Source: an uncultured Myxococcales bacterium
Lineage (GTDB): Bacteria; Myxococcota_A; Polyangia; JAAYKL01
Length of the DNA stretch: 64,000 bases
NCBI GenBank assembly: GCA_964458775.1
Contig: CAYWLQ010000009.1
Coordinates: 3,077 to 67,076, forward strand
Direction: 5' to 3'
Every line of letters begins with the position of its first letter. Positions within the stretch are counted from its first letter, which is position 1. Under the pieces are notes generated by a model, which worked only from the letters and a program-made list of their open reading frames with translations, did not search any database and was not told where the DNA came from. The translations under genes and the position numbers were made by a program. Shown piece after piece: positions 58,271-64,000 of the stretch.

Positions 58271-58485
58271 TTTATCACCTCATTATCGGTTTAGTAGCAA
58301 ATTCTACAGCCATTATACCCGCAAAGAGAACAAAAGAGAACCGCACATTGTATAAATATAAATGGGTACAAGTTACATAATGCACACATGCAAAATATGA
58401 CTTTTCAACCGACAATCATTAAAAAAACGGCTTCGGTTTATCCGTGTAATTGTGTTCTATTTGTGCATGTGTCACAATGCGCTTT

Positions 58486-59844
58486 ATGAAGCGTCTTCTT
58501 GTAGTTGATGACGAAGAATCTATTAGGCTGACCCTATCCTCAATGCTTGAGAGAAAAGGCTACAGTGTTACAACCGTTAGTTCCGGAGCTTTGGCTCTGG
58601 AAAAGCTCGGCCAAGACACCTTTGATGCTGTTTTGACAGACGTTCGTATGCCTGACATGGACGGGATTACGTTAACAAAAGAGATTATTTCTAAAAACCT
58701 TCCGGTCACAGTAATTGCAATGTCGGCTTACGGTTCGGTGGAAAATGCAGTGGAAGCTATGAAAGCCGGCGCTTATGATTATATAACCAAGCCGTTTAAG
58801 ACAGACGAAGTTTTGCTAACTCTTATGAAAGCGGATGAACGAGAAAGGCTTAAACGTGAAAATGCCTTTTTAAAAGCCGAATTGGGTGAGTCAGTTGCTT
58901 CCAGATGCATTGTCGGCCAATCAGAATCGATGACCCGATTGTTTAAATTGATTTCTAAAATAGCAGACTATAAATCTACAGTATTAATTACAGGGGAATC
59001 GGGCACAGGCAAAGAGTTGGTTGCCAGAGCGCTTCACAACAGTTCATCAAGAGCAAACAAACCATTTGTGGCGGTCAACTGCGGTGCTATTCCTGAAACC
59101 CTGTTGGAATCAGAGCTGTTCGGATATAAAAAAGGCGCATTTACAGATGCTCAGCAAGACAAAACCGGAATTTTTGCTGAAGCTGAAGGGGGCACACTTC
59201 TTTTGGATGAAATAGGAGAGCTTCCTCTACCGCTTCAGGTTAAGCTTCTTAGGGTTTTGCAAGAGGGAACAATCCGAAGAGTTGGAGATACCAAGGACAT
59301 TAACGTGAATGTTCGTGTGGTTGCTGCTACCATTCGAGATTTGTCCTTTGAAGTACAAGAAGGAAGATTTCGAGAGGATTTATTTTACAGGTTAAATGTT
59401 CTGCCGGTTCATATTCCTCCTTTGCGCGAACGAGCCGGAGATATTGTTCTTCTTATTAAGCATTTTATAGATCATCATAATCGTAAACTTGGCCGTAACG
59501 TTAATGGATTTTCTCCGGAGGCTGAAAGAGTCCTGTTATCCTATAACTGGCCCGGCAACGTCAGGGAACTTGAAAATACCATTGAAAGAGCGGTGGTATT
59601 ATGTGAGGGAGACAGAATTGCTGTAGAGGATTTGCCTGAAAGAATTAGAGGATTCCAAAATTCAACCCATACTGTGTTTTCCGATAGCGAAATATCTATC
59701 AAAAAAGCTGTGAGAATTATGGAAAAAGAACTCATCAGTCGAGCTCTGAGAAAAACAGGCGGCAATCGAACTCTTGCTGCAAAGCATTTAGAAATTAGTC
59801 ATCGAGCTTTGCTTTACAAAATCAAGAGTTACGGTTTGGAATAG
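58486..59844 (+). CDS. sigma-54-dependent two-component response regulator (NtrC family)
   Basis: Receiver ('LLVVDDEESIR', 'DAVLTDVRMPDMDG'), AAA+ sigma-54 activator ('GESGTGKELVARALH', 'GAFTDA', 'ESELFGY'), and C-terminal Fis-type HTH. Start taken at MKRLLVV. Confidence 0.9.
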   Translation: MKRLLVVDDEESIRLTLSSMLERKGYSVTTVSSGALALEKLGQDTFDAVLTDVRMPDMDGITLTKEIISKNLPVTVIAMSAYGSVENAVEAMKAGAYDYITKPFKTDEVLLTLMKADERERLKRENAFLKAELGESVASRCIVGQSESMTRLFKLISKIADYKSTVLITGESGTGKELVARALHNSSSRANKPFVAVNCGAIPETLLESELFGYKKGAFTDAQQDKTGIFAEAEGGTLLLDEIGELPLPLQVKLLRVLQEGTIRRVGDTKDINVNVRVVAATIRDLSFEVQEGRFREDLFYRLNVLPVHIPPLRERAGDIVLLIKHFIDHHNRKLGRNVNGFSPEAERVLLSYNWPGNVRELENTIERAVVLCEGDRIAVEDLPERIRGFQNSTHTVFSDSEISIKKAVRIMEKELISRALRKTGGNRTLAAKHLEISHRALLYKIKSYGLE

Positions 59845-59897
59845 CAGATACAAAAAGAACAGCGGCATTATAGCTGGTAACAAAGCGGAATAAAAAA

Positions 59898-61781
59898 ATG
59901 CAGCGAAAACCCTTCGCAACAATAACACAGGATGGAATAGTAAACAGCATCAATTACGAAGCAGTTGTTACACTTGGCATTCCTGCTGATTCGCTTGTAG
60001 GAAACTCAATACTTTCACACCTTATCGAACCTCACAGGCTGAGATTTGAATGCGAGTTGTCGGCAGTTCTAAATGAAACTGAACAATATGGAAAAGCTTA
60101 CTGCACGGTAGTAGGGGCAGACGGAGTGGGGCGCAAGCTGAGCTTTGCGATGACGTCAAATAAGGACGGAACGGCGGATCTTGTAATTCTTCCATATCGC
60201 TCACCCAATTCCTATCAAGGTTCATTTATTACTTCTCTATTTGATTCGGGACGTATTCTTCCTGTAGCAAAACATATTTTGTCAATAATAAGAAAAGCTG
60301 CAACCAAGGAAGAGCTTCTTACAGACGGTCTAAAAATTCTTGCAGAAGCGGTCGGTGCTGACGGGGGGGCAATATTGGAGTGGGAAAGCATTCGCGAAAA
60401 CGCACCCGCCTTAACGATCGGAAACTTTGATAACTCCCATTTGGCCGGAGTTTTTCGCTCTGCGATTATGGCAAGACTTACTCGCGGTGATGTTGTTGTA
60501 AAAGAAACCTCGCTGGACGGAAGTGATTCCAGCGCGTGTCTTTTAATTATGCCTCTTTTAACCGGACCGGTTCCTTTTGGAGTTGTGTTGCTTCAAATAG
60601 CCAGAGATACGGAATTGGTTCCGGAAGAACAACAGGGACTGGTTGTTTTGGGCGAAATAATGGGACTTGGAGTTAAAGCGCTGACGTCAGCTCCTAAGCA
60701 TCGTCAAGTTCGATCTTATTATAGCAATGATAATGAGGCTTCTTTAGCGCTTGGAAGACTATCTTCCGGATTTACACACGAGATAAACAATGCAGCGACT
60801 ATTCTTAGAAATAACATAGAACAAGTACTCCGCAAAGGAGACATGATAAATGCTACTACCGAGACAGCAGTAAAAGATTCTTTGAGTGCGCTGGAAACTA
60901 TGCATGATTTAACTCAAGCGCTTAAGGTTTTCGGCCCTGAAGAGACAACAATGTTTGAGCAGGTTAATCTGCTGCGTATTCTTGATATCGTCAGCAGATC
61001 AGTGCGTTTTTACGCTAAACGCGGAATAAATATATCTTTGGAGCATCCCGAAAATGATATTCCGCTTGTTAGAGCCCGAAGCCATCATCTGACACGAGTG
61101 TTTTTTCTCATTTTCGTTGAGTTATTTGATGCATCACAAGATGCCGGAATTGAGCTGGGAGTTCAGATTTCCTTTAAGGTAGAAGCCGGTATTGTTTCGT
61201 TATCTATTACTGTGTCTGCCGGTCCCTTCAGCCTTCCTGCTGTTTTGTTAGCTCAACTGGAACAGGGCGGTACACTTGCGGGCCAAGTAATAGAGGCAGG
61301 CGGAGTGCTTTCCCATTCAGTTGACCACCAAGGAAATATGAATATTACAATTGCTCTAAAGGAATCTTCAGGTCATTCAACACCCCGTATGAGTTCAATT
61401 GCAGCATCACCCAGAAGGCGAGGAACAATTCTAATTGCTGACGATGAAGTAGCTGTTATTCGATCTTTACGAAGAGTTTTAGACCAATTTTACGACATTT
61501 TTGCTGCTCGATCAGGCGAAGAAGCTTTGGAGATTTTAAAAACCAACCCGCATATTGAGGTGGTTTTATATGATGTGTCTATGCCCCGAATGGGAGGTAT
61601 TGAGTTCTTTGAAGAACTGCAAAAACAAGGTTTAAGTCAAACTCATCAAATTGTATTTGTCAAAGCGGGATCATATGATCCGGAAGTTATGGATTTTCTA
61701 TCTTCAATAAGTAATCCGGTAGTTGACAAACCGTTTGATATTCCTACGCTTAATGACATAATAGCATCTATGCTAATATAG
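59898..61781 (+). CDS. hybrid sensor histidine kinase (GAF/PAS-like N-terminus, HisKA, HATPase, C-terminal receiver)
   Basis: H-box 'GFTHEINNAATIL'. ATPase G-boxes further downstream. C-terminal receiver 'TILIADDEVAVIRSL...VVLYDVSMPRMGG'. Confidence 0.75.
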   Translation: MQRKPFATITQDGIVNSINYEAVVTLGIPADSLVGNSILSHLIEPHRLRFECELSAVLNETEQYGKAYCTVVGADGVGRKLSFAMTSNKDGTADLVILPYRSPNSYQGSFITSLFDSGRILPVAKHILSIIRKAATKEELLTDGLKILAEAVGADGGAILEWESIRENAPALTIGNFDNSHLAGVFRSAIMARLTRGDVVVKETSLDGSDSSACLLIMPLLTGPVPFGVVLLQIARDTELVPEEQQGLVVLGEIMGLGVKALTSAPKHRQVRSYYSNDNEASLALGRLSSGFTHEINNAATILRNNIEQVLRKGDMINATTETAVKDSLSALETMHDLTQALKVFGPEETTMFEQVNLLRILDIVSRSVRFYAKRGINISLEHPENDIPLVRARSHHLTRVFFLIFVELFDASQDAGIELGVQISFKVEAGIVSLSITVSAGPFSLPAVLLAQLEQGGTLAGQVIEAGGVLSHSVDHQGNMNITIALKESSGHSTPRMSSIAASPRRRGTILIADDEVAVIRSLRRVLDQFYDIFAARSGEEALEILKTNPHIEVVLYDVSMPRMGGIEFFEELQKQGLSQTHQIVFVKAGSYDPEVMDFLSSISNPVVDKPFDIPTLNDIIASMLI

Positions 61782-61834
61782 CATTTCAGAAATTTACTTT
61801 TTAGAGTGTGCTGTTTTACAAAACGTTACGTAAT

Positions 61835-63562
61835 TTATTTTTTGAATAGTGCATCAAGATCTGCCAAAGCGGCCGATCTTGATTTGGGAGGTTGTCTTCC
61901 TGACGGAGGCAATGGAGCTCTCTCACCGGAAGCAGGGGGGCGCATTTCGGGCCGGCTGAAATCGGGTGTCGGCTTTAAACTCAATGCTATTCGTTGTTTT
62001 TCGGGAACTACTTCAAGCACACGAGCTTTTACCTGCTCACCGATGCGAACAATCTGAGCCGGATCCTCAACAAAATCATTGGAAATCTGTGATACATGAA
62101 CCATTCCTTCAACAGAAAGTCCAATATTAACAAATGCTCCGAATCTCGTAATATTAGTTATTACTCCATCAAGAGTCATCCCGGGTTTAAGATCCCTAAT
62201 GCTCTTCAAGAAAGAATTAAAACGTTTGCCGGCAGGAAGTACAGCTAAACGTGCTCCTGGTTTTCCCTTTTTTGAAGAGCTTTTATTCCGGTTACGGCGA
62301 TCCCAAGATGAAAGTGCCTTACCTTCGGCTAAAATTTCTTTAAGTTCTTCTTCGTCAACTTCTCTTGTGAATTCTCCAAGTCTCAGAGACAAAGGATCAA
62401 CTCGTCCCCATTCCCGTCCCGGTTTTAAAGCCCTCCGACCTAATACCACAGCACTGCTTTCGCTTTTTCCGATAGATAGAATTTTTCTTGCTTCTGCCAA
62501 CGCAATGTCATGAATCCATTGAGCGGGGAGCTCACCAAGAAGGTCTTGCAGTGTTGACAATCGCTCCTTGTCTTCACAAGTTACGGGTAATACGGCGGCA
62601 TCCGGTTTGTGTTTGGAAATCAGTGAACCGGCTATGGACTTTATGTCGTCTCCAATTGGTATTTCTAAGTGTTCAACGATGTCTCCTCTGCGATCTAAAA
62701 TTGCAATTCCTATCGGATCGCGAGGACTGTCAACATATACAGAAATTGCCAAAGTAGCCTGTAAAGACGGTGTATTCAACAAACCAAGATAGGCAGTACG
62801 AGCAGTTTCAAGCGCTTGATGTTCGGATCTTTCCGTTAATTTCAACCTAATAGCCGTTTCCAAATCTTTTGAAATTAATTCTTCAACAATAGATTCTGCA
62901 CCTCTTTTTTGTGCAGCTAAACCCATTCCGGAAAGTCTTGCAATTGTTTGAGCTTGTATTTTAGGCCAAGGAAGCTCCATGCTTGTTTCGAGTATGTCCG
63001 CTTTTTCACCGCGTCTGGCTGCAAGCCATTTGTAACCGGTGATTTCATCGATAATATTTTTCGATGAAACATAGTTTTCAAAGTCAGAAGCATCCGGGTG
63101 TTCGGGGTTTTTGAATTTAATATTTATAAAACCTTCTGACATACTCAGTGTTACTGAGGCTCTCCATAGTTCTATATGTGCCTTAGTAGCTAACAGCCAA
63201 TCATCATGATTGGCATATCCGGAACGTTGACATATTCGTGCGATTCGTTCCAAAGCTTCAACTTCATGGGAATCCATAGTCAAAGCCAAGCTTCCGTCCG
63301 GAAGAGTTAGTTTGCTCATTGCAAGAGTTCGTCTCAGACTAATTGCTGCATTTTTCCATTTTGTAAATGATCTGTGTAAATCAGCAAGTTGAGCAAGGGT
63401 TTCAGCCCGAAAACTGTTTAGCGATACATCATTGTTTATAAGCAGTGTTTTTAGATCCACTCCGGGTCTATCTAAAGAGCGACCCAATCGTTGTAGAGCG
63501 GTCCGATCAGCCTGCTCAAACAAATCCTTTTTGACATTCTTAATAAAATTAATAAAATCCAT
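61835..63562 (-). CDS. Tex-like RNA-binding protein (YqgF/RNase-H-like, HhH, C-terminal S1 domain)
   Basis: 'DPIGIAILDRRGDIVEHL' is YqgF-like. The C-terminal S1 domain reads 'GMTLDGVITNITRFGAFVNIGLSVEGMVHVSQIS...GEQVKARVLEV'. Confidence 0.6.
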   Translation of the reverse strand: MDFINFIKNVKKDLFEQADRTALQRLGRSLDRPGVDLKTLLINNDVSLNSFRAETLAQLADLHRSFTKWKNAAISLRRTLAMSKLTLPDGSLALTMDSHEVEALERIARICQRSGYANHDDWLLATKAHIELWRASVTLSMSEGFINIKFKNPEHPDASDFENYVSSKNIIDEITGYKWLAARRGEKADILETSMELPWPKIQAQTIARLSGMGLAAQKRGAESIVEELISKDLETAIRLKLTERSEHQALETARTAYLGLLNTPSLQATLAISVYVDSPRDPIGIAILDRRGDIVEHLEIPIGDDIKSIAGSLISKHKPDAAVLPVTCEDKERLSTLQDLLGELPAQWIHDIALAEARKILSIGKSESSAVVLGRRALKPGREWGRVDPLSLRLGEFTREVDEEELKEILAEGKALSSWDRRNRNKSSSKKGKPGARLAVLPAGKRFNSFLKSIRDLKPGMTLDGVITNITRFGAFVNIGLSVEGMVHVSQISNDFVEDPAQIVRIGEQVKARVLEVVPEKQRIALSLKPTPDFSRPEMRPPASGERAPLPPSGRQPPKSRSAALADLDALFKK

Positions 63563-63650
63563 ACCTTGTTACCTGCGCCGGGATCGAACCCTTTCTGCAC
63601 ATTTATTCCTATTTTGTTTTTTTGAAATTCAATCGGTTGTGCCGGTCTAT

Positions 63651-63968
63651 CTATCTAACAACAGACCCTCTCACACAACGAGCGCGACACTGACCCCGAT
63701 ACTGAATTCCTAACTCGTTAACGGCTCCGGAAACTCCCACGATAATTGCCTGCTTTGCACCTTTTCGAGTAGATGTCCACATAACGTGGGATACTTGTTC
63801 TTTGAGCTCACCGCTCTCTACTATTTTTACAGCCTCATTCTGATCAGGCAAGCGCCAATCTGAAAAACCCATAAAATTTAAACTTTGGCAATATGATTCA
63901 GCCTCAGAAAGATTAACATCGTTGCCGTTATGTTCTCGTTTAACTGTCAACCCCGAAACATCAAACAA
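63651..63968 (-). CDS. DUF1566 (Lcl C-terminal-like) domain protein; possibly N-terminally incomplete at the window edge
   Basis: 'GFSDWRLPDQNEAVKI' matches the WRLP-type DUF1566 core. Confidence 0.4.
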   Translation of the reverse strand: MFDVSGLTVKREHNGNDVNLSEAESYCQSLNFMGFSDWRLPDQNEAVKIVESGELKEQVSHVMWTSTRKGAKQAIIVGVSGAVNELGIQYRGQCRARCVRGSVVR

Positions 63969-64000
63969 AGGTCCCTGTATTGGCTGAGACGGTATCGGTT

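Noticed and set aside
57927-58355. 142-aa plus-strand ORF made of (SA)n / SMSISASA repeats
   Set aside because: It is an antisense reading of the (GCATCR)n array inside the minus-strand lipoprotein gene, so it is a repeat-generated ORF.

Overview
Reading by eye, this 64 kb window looks like a chromosomal region from a Gram-negative bacterium with moderate-to-low GC (not computed). Several features have a Myxococcota-like flavour: many Hanks-type Ser/Thr kinases with PEGA domains, a FrzS-like pseudo-receiver coiled-coil protein, cysteine-rich repeat lipoproteins, and a short OPX paired with a beta-barrel export module. Bases 1 to about 21,200 form a Wzx/Wzy-dependent exopolysaccharide locus (flippase, glycosyltransferases, NDP-sugar dehydrogenase, Wzy-like polymerase, kinase-less PCP, short Wza-like OPX plus an outer-membrane beta-barrel, WbaP-like priming transferase). 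That locus carries three unusual extras: a GH9-like secreted lipoprotein, a BY-kinase-like protein without a P-loop, and a FrzS-like regulator. The rest of the window mixes housekeeping and envelope genes (pyrB-pyrI fusion, tpx, htrA, RpoD-type sigma-70 family factor, tRNA-Gly, rpsT, holA, glycerate kinase, hrcA, skp, bamA) with signalling and accessory genes: an ECF sigma/anti-sigma pair followed by PEGA-domain (pseudo)kinase and TPR proteins, a HARE-HTH/Mrr-like fusion co-oriented with a tandem pseudokinase-kinase-TPR protein, two lipoproteins with long (Asp-Ala)n repeats encoded by tandem hexanucleotide repeats, a B12-binding radical SAM enzyme, and a sigma-54 two-component pair. I saw no transposase, integrase, phage or CRISPR content. 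All calls rest on motif recognition in the supplied translations; nothing was searched against a database.
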